A DNA stretch of 62,458 bases, the filler included, from Globobulimina sp. (lineage: Eukaryota), in NCBI GenBank assembly GCA_003354225.1. It is 33 parts of 33 records of this genome, joined end to end, with 100 filler letters (N's around TTAATTAATTAA, not from the genome) between each part and the next. Parts side by side here need not be neighbours in the genome. Positions count along the whole stretch, not along the records: positions 47,399 to 49,193 come from PIVH01011858.1; positions 49,294 to 51,088 come from PIVH01011859.1; positions 51,189 to 52,983 come from PIVH01011860.1; positions 53,084 to 54,878 come from PIVH01011861.1; positions 54,979 to 56,773 come from PIVH01011862.1; positions 56,874 to 58,668 come from PIVH01011863.1; positions 58,769 to 60,563 come from PIVH01011864.1; 26 more parts are not named here. One strand, written 5' to 3'. Below, in pieces: positions 47,448 to 59,705 of the stretch. The notes beneath the pieces are model-generated. The model was not told where the DNA came from. It made no database searches and was given only the letters and a program-made list of their open reading frames with translations. The stretch's first letter is position 1; each line of letters starts with the position of its first letter. The position numbers and the translations under genes were made by a program.

Positions 47448-48809
47448 CTACGCCTTCTTCTGTTGCGGTTTGTGTTCTGTTCCAGTTCCTTTTGCTTTTG
47501 GTGTGGTGTGGTTGGTGCGATTATTCACGAGATATGCTCTGGTTTTGGTGACGGTTCTGTGCGGTTTGGCGGCAATCGGCTGTTGGTCAAATGTGATTTT
47601 TAGGGCATCATACTGTTGGAAGGAAGTCACAGTGTCCGGTACCATCGATGAGGTGCATTTAATTCTGATGGTATCATCATTGGCAACGGATTGGATGCCT
47701 TTTACATATGATAATTTATTAATGTTTTCCCCGGGATTCTGGATGGAATACACTTTGGTTGATTTACTGGTCGGCGAGCTGGAATCTAAAAAAATAGAGT
47801 TAGTATGGCTTCTTTTCAATGGATTGGGTCTAATACGGCAGGAATCGAGGATTGGATCTGGCGTTGCTTTGTCTGGGAATGGGATTAATGAATCGTCGGC
47901 CATCTGATCATCATCATCATCAAAGATGAAATCTTTATTTATGTTTATGTGTGTTATTATTATTTTGTATGCGTTTTTGTGAATTTCATTTTGTATAACT
48001 ACCTTTTTGTTCATGAGCCATCTAAAATTGGATGGATTTATGAATATGTGGCAGTGATTTATGTGTGGGAAGGAGTTTAGTGGAAAGTAATAGGGAGTGA
48101 GAAGTAGTGAGGAAGGTTTTGTTTTAGGTTTGTTGATGAAGAACGTTTGTGGGTTACGTTTGTTTGTTGGTTGCTCATAATGAGTTATATCAATCTTGAT
48201 ATTATTAGTTAGATGGACAAATTGGGAGAGGTACAAAACACATTTAATACAAACAAAATACACATTTAATACAAACAAAATACACACTATGGAGACAAAT
48301 AGAAACATATAAGTTCGGGGAACTGGGGATTGCCACAGGGACATCGCTACAGTCTCGAAAGGGCAGTGATATCCGTGCTTGTTGGTAATGATGGTGGTCA
48401 TAGTAATACTATGATTAACGCAATTCTTTTTATGATTATTTAGCTCATTCAGTGTGTTATAATGAAGATGCGGTTCATTGTTTATTTTAGACGGTGGTTG
48501 TTTGTAAATGTTGATATTATCAAATTCATTATGTGTTTCATTCGGAGTTAATGCGATGTGATTGGATGTTCGTTTTCCGATGTTCCAATATGAGTGTGAC
48601 TTTCCGCGCAAGTGTGTGACACTGTATTTTTCAATCGATTTTCTGTCATTTCCACCAATATATGATGACACTTCACACTGAACGAGACTAAATATCGCAT
48701 CGTGGCAATGTGAAAAGGGCGAGGGTATAGGTAGAAGAATTGAGAGCGTAAAGGAGAGAAGTGAAGAAAGTTTTTGTAGTAGATTTTCTACTAAAAAAAA
48801 AAATGCCAT
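47448..48809 (-). CDS. Hypothetical protein (true start and exon structure uncertain)
   Basis: 453-codon ORF; the C-terminal half is protein-like; weak PRELI-like segment TNKHGYHCPFETVAMSLW. Confidence 0.4.
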   Translation of the reverse strand: MAFFFLVENLLQKLSSLLSFTLSILLPIPSPFSHCHDAIFSLVQCEVSSYIGGNDRKSIEKYSVTHLRGKSHSYWNIGKRTSNHIALTPNETHNEFDNINIYKQPPSKINNEPHLHYNTLNELNNHKKNCVNHSITMTTIITNKHGYHCPFETVAMSLWQSPVPRTYMFLFVSIVCILFVLNVYFVCIKCVLYLSQFVHLTNNIKIDITHYEQPTNKRNPQTFFINKPKTKPSSLLLTPYYFPLNSFPHINHCHIFINPSNFRWLMNKKVVIQNEIHKNAYKIIITHININKDFIFDDDDDQMADDSLIPFPDKATPDPILDSCRIRPNPLKRSHTNSIFLDSSSPTSKSTKVYSIQNPGENINKLSYVKGIQSVANDDTIRIKCTSSMVPDTVTSFQQYDALKITFDQQPIAAKPHRTVTKTRAYLVNNRTNHTTPKAKGTGTEHKPQQKKA

Positions 48810-49293
48810 GGCATCATCTAATGTATTGATGATAGCTTAATGAAAGCATCTATTTAAAAGATTTGGATTCAATTTCCAATCATCACATTTAAATCATATA
48901 AATGTCTCTATTTGTTACATTTAAACATTTGACTGAAATAATTGGCAAAATCTCTAAAGTAACTGGATTTGGATATGATCAGATGGCGTTGGATTGGTTG
49001 AATTGAATTGGATATCCACAGATACACACAAGAACCCACTGAGATTACCGCAGAGTGTTAACATAGAGCAAGACCTGCGATTATATGATTATGAAAGTGA
49101 TTATGGTTGACATATTTTATACTTTATACTTTATACAAACGGTATCTATATTTAGTTTCTATTAATAGTTTCTTTCCACTTTTAGCACTTTACNNNNNNN
49201 NNNNNNNNNNNNNNNNNNNNNNNNNNNNNNNNNNNNNTTAATTAATTAANNNNNNNNNNNNNNNNNNNNNNNNNNNNNNNNNNNNNNNNNNNN

Positions 49294-50983
49294 ATAATAT
49301 ACCACAAAGTGGTCAAGAAAGACAAATTCTTGCGAGCATACTCTGAGCGTTTATGATAGGCCACGATGATGGTAACCAACCAAATAAAAAGACCCACACA
49401 AAAGGCAACAATCCATGATCCGTTGCCAAGTGTGCCGGTAAACACATACTTTCCATCAGCTCCCATCTCTGGTGTCGCCAACGCAAAACCTAAGAAACAC
49501 GCCATTAACAACGCAAACCAATAACCGACCCGATATAAATTGGCAGAAACACCGCCAATTTTACTCTCAATCAAAGAATACTTATAATACCAGCCACAAG
49601 CGCCAGACTCACAAATCCCGATGAAAACCATACCGTAATTATTAATATAACGGTCGACGATGTCCAGCCAAAACAGTCCGGTATCAAAACAATATAACGA
49701 GGAACAAACGGCGCCAAACACACAAAGCAACCCACTGATTTTGGTACGACTCCATTTTAAACGATACAAATTCAAATCACTGTCGGCAATCACAGTGGAA
49801 ATGGCCTCGACCATACTAAAAGCACTATCAATCCCTAACAACACCAATGTTAAATAGAAGACAATGCCGAAAAAATTACTCCCCGCAAACTCGGAAATCG
49901 CTACGGGGAAAATAGCAAATACTAAACCTAAGCCGCCCTCATCAAACTTACTCGGATCACCACTTTCGTGCACCACATAGCCCAACACGCTGTACACAAC
50001 AAAACCACTCAACAAAGAAGTGCCGACATCTAGAAATGCAATCACTTTCTCATCAGTGGCCACGTCTTGTTTTCTAGGGTTATATGAGCCGTACGCCGTC
50101 ATCACACCCATACAGACGGACAAACTAAAAAAGCATTGTCCAATGGCTGCATTCCAAATGCCTGACTCCCCCAAAAGACTCCAATTCGAGAAGTCCCAGT
50201 ATTGCTTAATGCCTTCCCAGGCACCGGGCAACGTCAACCCTTTGATCAACATTATGAACAATAATAAAAGTGGTAAAGGCATAGTGATCTTCACCGCCCA
50301 CGATGCGCTTTTTACACCTAATTATACAGAGTTGCAGAAAATGATTATACACTGCGAATTTGCGTAGTTTACATACCTTTCATAATGCAGCAAAATGTAA
50401 TAATCCAACAGAATGAAGTGGCTAAATATAATTTGCCTGAAATGATGGCTGTAGAGTCTTTAATACTGTCCGCAAGCATTAATACGTCGGTATAAAGGAA
50501 GTCAGATTCAGAGGCAATATCAGCGCCATATGGCAATGGCGTACGGAAGGATTCAAAGAAAAACACCAATGATACTCCGATGATCGCCATATAGAATGTC
50601 ACGATGCCGAATGTACCGATTACCGAAGCTAATCCAATGCCGCGTAAGCGCCAATTCATACGGCCAAAGGCTTCGATATCTCCACTGCGATGTTTCTGGC
50701 CTAAGGCTAATTCTTGCGTTAATATCGGCATTCCCAAAGTAAACAAACACACAAAATAGGCGAAGATAAAGGCACCGCCACCCCATGTGGCACATTGCCA
50801 AGGGAAACGCCATAAATTTCCCAATCCCACAGCAGATCCGACTGCCGCTAACCAAAATGTTACTCTTCCTGACCAACTTTGACGCGATTCCTCGTCCTCA
50901 AATCCATCATCTTCTGCAACATCTGCAGGTTTGTTGTCTTGAACTACCAATGCGGCTCGATCGTCTGCAATGTCTGTTGCCAT
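49294..50983 (-). CDS. SLC6 / NSS sodium-dependent amino-acid or neurotransmitter symporter; intron 50318-50376; 3' partial
   Basis: RQSWSGRVTFWLAAVGSAVGLGNLWRFP, GGGAF, WNAAIGQCFFSLS, LGIDSAFSMVE. Confidence 0.96.
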
Positions 50984-51188
50984 TCCAAATTGTTTTTTTA
51001 TTTTTTGAGTAATAATGCCTCGTTTCAAGAAGACCTCAACAGATCTGCTATGGAGAAAATTGGGTTTGCGAACATTACGCCTGGCTTTNNNNNNNNNNNN
51101 NNNNNNNNNNNNNNNNNNNNNNNNNNNNNNNNTTAATTAATTAANNNNNNNNNNNNNNNNNNNNNNNNNNNNNNNNNNNNNNNNNNNN

Positions 51189-52578
51189 CATTACACCAAA
51201 TCTCTGGTTTTTTGATTGATTGTCGAATTTGAGTGGATTTATCAAACTGTTTAATCATATTTCGACTCAAAACCAATAAGTCATCAAATTGTTTATCCAC
51301 TCCGCTCCCACAAATAATGGGAATATCATCATTCTCAACAATTTGTTTTAATTTATCCATCCTTTGATTTACAGTGCGCAACAAATCATTTTTATTTTTG
51401 TAGCCGCAGCCAATCAATTCATCTTTATATAATTTATCAAAATTGTGCAGAATGTCGCATTTATTTGCAAATATGATGGATGGTTTCTGTTTAATTAATG
51501 CCGGCTCATAACAATATAACTCATATCGCAATTTGTTAAAATCCTGAACCGGGCATCGATTGTCAGTGCCAATGATATCTAAGATGTAAATCAACACTTT
51601 GCATCTTTCGATGTGTTTTAAAAATTGTAAACCTAAACCTTTGTTCATCGCCGCACCCTCAATAATTCCTGGAATGTCGGCAATGCTCATCCCGTCAACA
51701 TGGCCAATGTGGGGATGTAAAGTCGTAAATGGTAAGCTCGAAATGCATGGCCTTGCTCTCGACATCGCAGTTAACAGAGTTGATTTGCCCGCATTTGGAT
51801 AGCCCACAAAGCCAATATCCGCAATGGATTTCAATTCCAACTCCAACAAAACTTCTTCGCCATTCTCGCCCATCTCACTCCATCGCGGATGATTATTTGC
51901 CTCGCTTTTTAAGCGCAAATTGCCTTTTCCGCCATAACCACCTTTTGCGACACAGACCGAGTCACTGACAGACAACAATTGGCGCAAAACACAGCTGTTA
52001 CTTTCCTCAAATATGTGATTTCCTTTTACTTTGTCATAAGTCCGATATATTCCCAATTGTTTTACCACAGTGCCCATTGGAACATTGATTGTGTAATCTT
52101 TGCCGCGCGAACCATGCCGTTTATTATCATAACCATTCAAACCATTCCCTGCTCTTATTTGTTTATTCGGAATTTTAAATTGTGAAATTTCTATCAATTG
52201 CAATTTAAAATGTAATTAATTTAGGTTTAACTGAAAAGAGCGTTTGGAAAAATTAAAGCCGCCAAAAGCATCGATACATTGAATGATAACATCACCGCCA
52301 ACCCCACCGCTGCCACCATCCGGTTTGCCACGTTTTCGACAATGCGGCTCAAACGAAACACAACCTTGACCTCCTGCGCCGCCTACACATTTAATGCGGA
52401 TCTTGTCATTGAACTGCAGGTTGGACTCATGTTTGCTATGTAAACCATTTAATGTGTCGAATTCTGGTTGGTAGTATAAATTCGGTTTATCAAACGATAT
52501 TGTTGAAAATGAATATTTTATTTTAGTTATTAATAATCCATCAATTATCTGCTTCTTCAACGATAAAGTTGTGCGCAT
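51189..52578 (-). CDS. Obg/CgtA family GTPase, organellar MTG2/GTPBP5-like; probable intron 52154-52231
   Basis: Gly-rich Obg fold (GGAGGQGCVSF, PDGGSGGVGGDV), ADIGFVGYPNAGKST, PFTTLHP, DIPG, NKCD. Confidence 0.95.
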
Positions 52579-52768
52579 GTCAAGGGTCACTTAATTAACG
52601 TTTTTGACTTACTTTGGATTGCATGACTCTGTTGGTCCGCTCGATGTCCCATGAAAGAATGACGAAAATCAAAACATTCAAATATAACACATGGAACTTG
52701 AGTATTAGCATTTTTTTTTATGAATTGAAAATTCCTTGTCAGCTCTTTCACTGCTTATTGACCATACA

Positions 52769-52983
52769 CTGCGATCACAACTCTTGAGCTAATTTTCATT
52801 GTGGTGATCGGATTTCAACTTTTTTTTTGCAGATAATCAGATCACCACAATAAAAAATAGCTCAAGAGTTGTGATTGCAGACACACACTGCAGTCACAGA
52901 TATTGAGCTAATTTATTGTGGGAGCAATTAATCAACTCCAAAAGTTGAAGTCCGATCACCAAAATTAAAATTAGCTCAATAGT
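52769..52983. repeat. Palindromic MITE-like dispersed repeat, two tandem fold-back units; related copy at 57657-57745
   Basis: 41-bp inverted arms 52769-52809 / 52840-52880 (3 mismatches); shared CGGATTTCAACTTTT and CCACAATAAATTAGCTCAA motifs on another contig. Confidence 0.8.
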
Positions 52984-53083
52984 NNNNNNNNNNNNNNNNN
53001 NNNNNNNNNNNNNNNNNNNNNNNNNNNTTAATTAATTAANNNNNNNNNNNNNNNNNNNNNNNNNNNNNNNNNNNNNNNNNNNN

Positions 53084-53450
53084 ATTAGATGGATTATCAC
53101 AAGCAATTCGAGAACAACAACAGCCAGAGCCAGAAGAGAAAGATCCAGATCATGAAAGCGGTAACGGTTTAGCTATTAATGCGATGAGTACTGCGGATGA
53201 GATGAATGAAGTGCAGTGTTGGCTTAATAATTGTGGAATGGGTGAGTTATTTTCTGTATTTGAAGGGAATGGTTTAGTGGAGATGGAAACTGTTATTTTA
53301 ATGGATAGAAATGATTTAAGTGCATTGGGTCTTAACATGGGCCTCCAACTAAAATGTGTGAAGGAAATTGGTAAATATGTTGTGGCAATGCAACCGAAAG
53401 AAATTACAGATGGCCCCAGTGACTCTCAGCCACAGCCATTGCAGATCTAG
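53084..53450 (+). CDS. C-terminal SAM domain, 5' partial
   Basis: VQCWLNNCGMGELFSVFEGNGL..MDRNDLSALGLNMGLQLKCVKEI. Confidence 0.75.
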
Positions 53451-53547
53451 TCATCTAGATTTGAGTAGATTACCAAAACGTTTTTTGAAGTGATCTAGTT
53501 TTCATTGTATATATACGTAAATACTGGCACTCTTTTATAAAAAATGA

Positions 53548-54878
53548 TTATGCATATATTTTAAGAAATGATTCACATAAACCCTGACAAACTGGACACG
53601 ATCCATGGATCAATTCCTTACACAATCCACAAATACATACATGGCCGCATGGAACACAAGCGTATGTACGATTATTATCCATGCAAACTACACAATCGTC
53701 AGCATCATTTTGTTTATTAACATTAGCATTCCTCATCAGTTCTTGAATTGCATTGTAAATATAAAACTTATCCTTGAAATTTGTGATACCCAATCTATGC
53801 AAATCATTTTTATCCAACTTACCCAAACATTCTCCATCAATACATTCATTCATTGCATTCTGTACCAGTCTGCTACGATATTTATTGTATCGTTTATCCA
53901 AATTAACAATCCAATTTGCCACATCCTTCGCATCCCACGCTTTAAACCCAAACTTTTTCTGCTGTTTAACATATTTTTTCTCCAAATTATACAGTCGAAG
54001 CAGTGTCGACTCATATGTCCCCATCAAAGCATTGTACTTTTGTTGCATGCTTTGTTTTGACCGCTTTAATTCAACATTTTCATATCTAATCTCATGATTG
54101 CTATTCAATCCAACAGTAAGCTCTTGTTTGTACTCTTTCTCCTGTTTCTTCAATTTTGCTTTCAATTCTTTAATAGTTTTATCCTTCACATTCTGCTCGC
54201 TTTGCAACTGTTCAATTAACTGTTTCTTTGACTGCTGTTTTGCCCATAATTCATGATATTGTTTCTTCACCAAATCCAAATCAGCACTTTTTTGTGACAG
54301 TTTCGGAGCTGGTTTTAAATCTAATGTTGTTTTCTTGACATCCACTTTTTGCAGATCTAGAATTTTTTTATCATTATCATTCTCATTATTTTTTTCCTCC
54401 TTAACTTTATGTTTCTTTTTACTATTTTTCACAGCAAACATTCCAGCATACAATTTCTTTTCCTTTTCAATATATTCCTTCTGTCGAACATTGCATATTT
54501 TCAATAATTTCTTGACATAATTATTATTCTTATCCAATGCCAACACTTTCTTCAAATCTTTTTTACATTCATCAAAGCTTAAATCTTCTAATTCTGCCTG
54601 GCCTCTTCGCGTCAATGCCTTGGTATTATTTGCTTCCTTCTCCAAAACATTGGTCGCATGCTTTATCGCTGCAGACCAATGCCGCATTTTGATATAAATC
54701 AATGTTAAATTATTGTTCACAGACACCACCAATTCAGCTTTCTTGGCTTCCAATGCATTATCTTTAAACACGCAGTCCCGATCCATGTCAACGCCTTTTG
54801 GTATTTTTTAGCTGCGCCGGAGTATCTATTCTGTTTAAACAATTTATTCCCTTCGTTTTTCGCATGCAAACAGTATTC
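53548..54878 (-). CDS. TPR (immunophilin-type) + coiled coil + SAM + RING (C3HC4) putative E3 ligase, 5' partial
   Basis: NNLTLIYIK..ATNVLEKEANNTKALTRRGQA; WDAKDVANWI..IDGECL..DLHRLGI; CVVCMD..CVPCGHVCIC..C..CPVC. Confidence 0.88.
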
Positions 54879-54978
54879 NNNNNNNNNNNNNNNNNNNNNN
54901 NNNNNNNNNNNNNNNNNNNNNNTTAATTAATTAANNNNNNNNNNNNNNNNNNNNNNNNNNNNNNNNNNNNNNNNNNNN

Positions 54979-56376
54979 GGAATTCATAAATGTACTGTAG
55001 CCTCATTGGTTGATAGCGGGTCAGTCTTAACTATTATGCAACGGTCAGCATATATACGGGCTGGTGGCAATCTATCAGATCTACAGCCGTGTAAACATAA
55101 AATGTTGACTGGGTTCGGTGGTGATATTACAATTCTAGGCAAAGCACTTATGCCTTTTGCATTAGAAAACATTACTTTCCAACAGACTGTACATGTTATT
55201 AATGATGATGTACGGTTACCCCTTATTATTCTCGGTTTGGATTGGCTTAAAAGGCATAAAGTATGGGTTGATTTTAATACTTATGTCATGTGTTTGTATC
55301 ATTTGTCAGTCCAATTGGGTAAACCATGCCCAAAACGGCATGTGCAGTGTCTGACTGGAGTGGATGAAGGTAAAGAATATCCACCAAAATTTGATGAAAG
55401 TGACTCAGATGATTTGACTGAAGGAGAGGAATTGACTATTTCTGCGATTAAAAAGGCAGCTAAGAATAGGCGTAAAAACCAATATAAAAAGAAGGTTTAT
55501 CTTGATCGACGAAGTCGTCGATATGAGCACACACCTGTCCCTCCTAAAAATTATATTTGCCATCGATGTGATATTCCAGGTCATTGGAGATATTTATGTC
55601 CGGAGGCATCTATCCCTTATAAAAGTTATATTTGTCATCAATGTAATACCCCAGGTCATTGGAGACATTTATGTCCAACAGAGAAATTGTTATTGGATGC
55701 TGGTACATCTGTTAAGGTGCAACCAGTAGGGGATAATGACATACAAATACCGAAGGAGTTAGTACTCGGGTCATTAACTACGGAAGAAGTGGGTGGTATG
55801 ATAAAGGGTTTACAAATGTATTTTTCTCGAATAGCGAAAAACCCAGCGGTTGCAGTACCGTCTGAGGAATTGCTATTCCTTCATACCTCTATTGCTTCTA
55901 TTGCTAATGATATTTCTAAAATATCGGAACGAGCAGATAAGAGTACTCAAACAGAATCAGTGGAAGAATATTATCAGAGGAAAATATCAGAAAGAGGAGA
56001 TAAAATTGGTTTTGGAATAGAAAAATTTAATATGGTCCGATTATTGGAAGATACACAACAAATAATGGAGGCATTACAATGGATCCTTCCAAGTGTTTGG
56101 GATTCATTGAATTCAGCAGGTCAAAAACACACTCTTGCAATACTTCATAATGTTTGCGACTTGTATGCCCATACAGCTCCACGATATCCAAGTAATGCTT
56201 CAATTATCAGTGCTCGAATTAGAAAGGACATGGGATGTGAAGGACTTCGTCAGGTATCATTGAATGAATTAACAATTAATGAAAAATCAGGGGATAGTTC
56301 ATTAGGTACGGGATCAAAAGTACCTAAGAAGAAATCATTGAGTAAATCAAGTCATACAGAGTGTGACAAGAAATAA
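54979..56376 (+). mobile_element. Retropepsin (retroviral-type aspartic protease) followed by two CCHC zinc knuckles; retroelement-derived, 5' partial
   Basis: ASLVDSGSVLTIM, LTGFGG, IILGLDWL; CHRCDIPGHWRYLC and CHQCNTPGHWRHLC; no RT follows. Confidence 0.75.
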
Positions 56377-56873
56377 TGGTCACAAATATTAATTGTGACA
56401 TCTTAGGATACTAATACCTTGTTTCTTTTTGTTGTCTCTACTAACAGCTATGTTATTATAAGGATTCTTGTAAACCTTAATAAATATTGGGGGATGTATA
56501 TGGTTAATGAATTTTCAGGAAACTGCATGAGATATGGTAATAACATCACAATATTTTTATATTAGTATCGCTGGTCGCATATAATGTCCAGACTTCACTT
56601 CTTTTGGAATTCAATGTGCATGCATATTATTTAATCTTTTTTGTTGTCTGTTATAGTAACCCATATATGGATATAGATACAGTTAGTGGGTGAGATAGTC
56701 GACGATCTTTCCGACTGAGGGTATTTGGCTATAAGTATGGATTACGGATGTAATATCATGCATGCGGGTTGAANNNNNNNNNNNNNNNNNNNNNNNNNNN
56801 NNNNNNNNNNNNNNNNNTTAATTAATTAANNNNNNNNNNNNNNNNNNNNNNNNNNNNNNNNNNNNNNNNNNNN

Positions 56874-57025
56874 CCTATTACGTTCCTAGCGTAACGTTAC
56901 AAAATATGGAATTTGTTACGTAATTATCATAACGTTACAACTTCCATATTTTATGACGTCACATATGTAACGTTATATATGTAACGTTAAAATACAAACG
57001 TTACAAACACAAACGTTACAAAACA
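56874..57025. repeat. Cluster of about 7 (T/A)AACGTTA(C) palindromic motifs at a contig end (transposon subterminal-like)
   Basis: Copies at ~56891, 56930, 56967, 56981, 56996 and 57011, plus a variant at 56915. Confidence 0.75.
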
Positions 57026-58200
57026 TTTCTGAATTTTTATGTGTACACAAGTAATAATCTTGCACTGAAGGTGCACATGTGTTGTTTATGTATGTTTGCT
57101 GTGTTATGTGGTTTTGATTATTTGTGTTGTTCTGGTATTATTTGTGTTGTGTTTGCATGGTATTTTTTCGCGTCTTTTTATTTTATTTTATGTTGTTTTC
57201 TTTTGATGACCATGCAGAATGTCATCACCTAGATATCATTCAATCCTTTCATTCAGTCCATGTTGAAGTCACTGCAAAATGTGACTAAATTCATCAGCTT
57301 GACATATAAATAGATGTTTTTCAGATGTTGTTTTTAGAATCAACTGGTTCGCGACATAATGAGATATTTGTATGTTTTGTCTGCTTGAGAGATAAATTAA
57401 CTCTTTGCTTCAGACGAAATGGTAGATGGCAACGTACAGTTTTTTGCAGTTTTCAAAATCTAAAAGAACCTATCACATTTTACGTCCAAGGTCGACTACA
57501 GAGTGATTTACCAAGAACTAGCTGCGATTAAAAACAGTTTTTTGGTTATTTTTTCTTGTTCTTGGTTATTTCAGAAATGTAATACCAGTGACCACTTGCA
57601 TAATATGCTGGTTCACTATTGATTAGGCTTACTGTTAGACACTATTGTACAGGGTTCGGATTTCAACTTTTATGGTTTACCGATAATCACCACGAAAGTT
57701 GATCGCGAACCACAATAAATTAGCTCAATAGTTGTGTCTGTAGTGGTGGTGCAACAGTAAGCTTGGATAAAATAAAATAAATATTTATAAATATTTTATT
57801 TTTTATTAGGTTTTATATGCACTGAATAGCGTCATTTTAGAGACATGTAAAGTTGAATCAATCTTAAAGTAAGTTTTCTTATTTCATTACATAAATGCAC
57901 AGTTCATGGCACACACAGTCTGAATCGTAAAAGCAGTCCTGTCAGTGTTTAGCAATCACATTATAGTTTTGTTATTTATCAATGATAATTTGTGTACTAT
58001 TTTATTTAACAAGATAAAAAATCTAAATAATTGTGTGAGCAATAAGGAACAATATAATATGTAAAAAACAATACAGCATAATCGATAATCCATAAAAGTG
58101 AAAAAAAATAAATTGCTACCTATCGTATCTGCCATAAACTCTGCCATTATTTGTATGGATAATGGTCATATTAATACGTGAACAGGGCTGTAAATTGACA

Positions 58201-58668
58201 ATGTGTTTGAGATCACATGTCAGTCAGAAACGTGCACATTATCATAATACATGCAACAAATACAACAAAACATATGCGCATTATAAGAATGATATTTTAT
58301 ATAAAATTAATAAAAAACAAAGAAATAAAAGGAAACATAATGACAATGATAAAGAAAACATACCAATATCAATGCAACCAGCTAAAAAAAAGCGAAAAAG
58401 GAAAAAAATTGGAGAAACAGAGTGAAAAAACCCAATCCTTATCGAGCAGTTCAAACACTACAACGCGCTCAACACAAACAGCAAGACATAAATACAAATA
58501 TTGCGATTTTGATTAGAAAAATAAAGGAATTGAATCAATCGCGAATGAACTGGGCCGATTATAGATTGTTAGAGAGATATAATATTGTTAAGATGATGTA
58601 TTTTGTGCAAAAACAATATAATGAGACTCAATATATTTCATTAAAAGCAACAGCATATCAAATGGTGG
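58201..58668 (+). pseudogene. Frameshifted basic hypothetical ORF, possibly a transposon protein
   Basis: Overlapping ORFs 58162-58425 and 58422 onward, with NLS-like K/R runs; no family recognised. Confidence 0.3.
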
Positions 58669-58768
58669 NNNNNNNNNNNNNNNNNNNNNNNNNNNNNNNN
58701 NNNNNNNNNNNNTTAATTAATTAANNNNNNNNNNNNNNNNNNNNNNNNNNNNNNNNNNNNNNNNNNNN

Positions 58769-59501
58769 TAATGGAAGGATCAATGCAATGACCATTATTT
58801 ATGTTAATACGAATTTCAAAAATCATATCAAAATCACTATTTATGTCCGCAATAACGATGGTTTCTGCTGTTTGTATGCCAGGCAACGGATACATATCAA
58901 TGTCATAACAATATTTATTTGTTCCACAGCTCGTTTTGGGAGTTATGGTTGGAGCAGGTGTTGGACTTAGAGTTATGATGGGAGCACAGGTAAATAGTAA
59001 AGTTGCATTTACTGTTTCTTCAACAGTGGTTTTTCCGTCCACAAAGCATAGTGCATCAACTTCATCCGATTTGGATACTGTAATTGTATATAATTCGTCT
59101 TGCTCAATTTGAGGTATTCCCAAATCATAATCAGTGAGACATTCAGATCTGAGCGGACAGGCTCTTTCTTGGCCACCTTGGCATCTTTGTATTAATGCGT
59201 TATAATTATCCAAAACATCAAGATATTCCTCGGGCGAATCATAATCAATTAATTCAAAGTTAAATGAAATATGTGGTGATCGACATTTTGCGCCTGTTGC
59301 TGTAAAGGACACTTCAAATTTAGCCTGGTCACCGCTACCATGGCGTATTACCACTTGTTCTGATACAAACTCTGTCTGTGATGGATAAATATCTATGAAA
59401 TAACACCATGTATTACCACTACCACATGGTATTCTTGTTTGTGATTTGGATATTGTTGCGAAAGCAGCAAATAATGAAAATATTTGGTACATTGTTCTCA
59501 T
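58769..59501 (-). CDS. Secreted protein with a repeated Cys-rich domain and PTxxPT linker, 3' partial
   Basis: Signal peptide; CGSGNTWCYFIDIYP..CRSPHISF is repeated as CGTNKYCYDIDMYP..CIDPSI. Confidence 0.7.
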
Positions 59502-59705
59502 TATGCTTTGATTGGAATAGTAACTAATTATTAATTCAACATATTAAAAGTGCCATTTAACAGTTTAGTCTGTAGTCAAAAATAGTTTTCTGATTGGTGT
59601 ATAAATATATGTTGTCTCAAATATTCGACCATGTTGTCTGTCCAAACACCAAATCGCAGCTGGCTTAAACATATCTAAAACATATCTTTTCTGTCAGACA
59701 AACTC

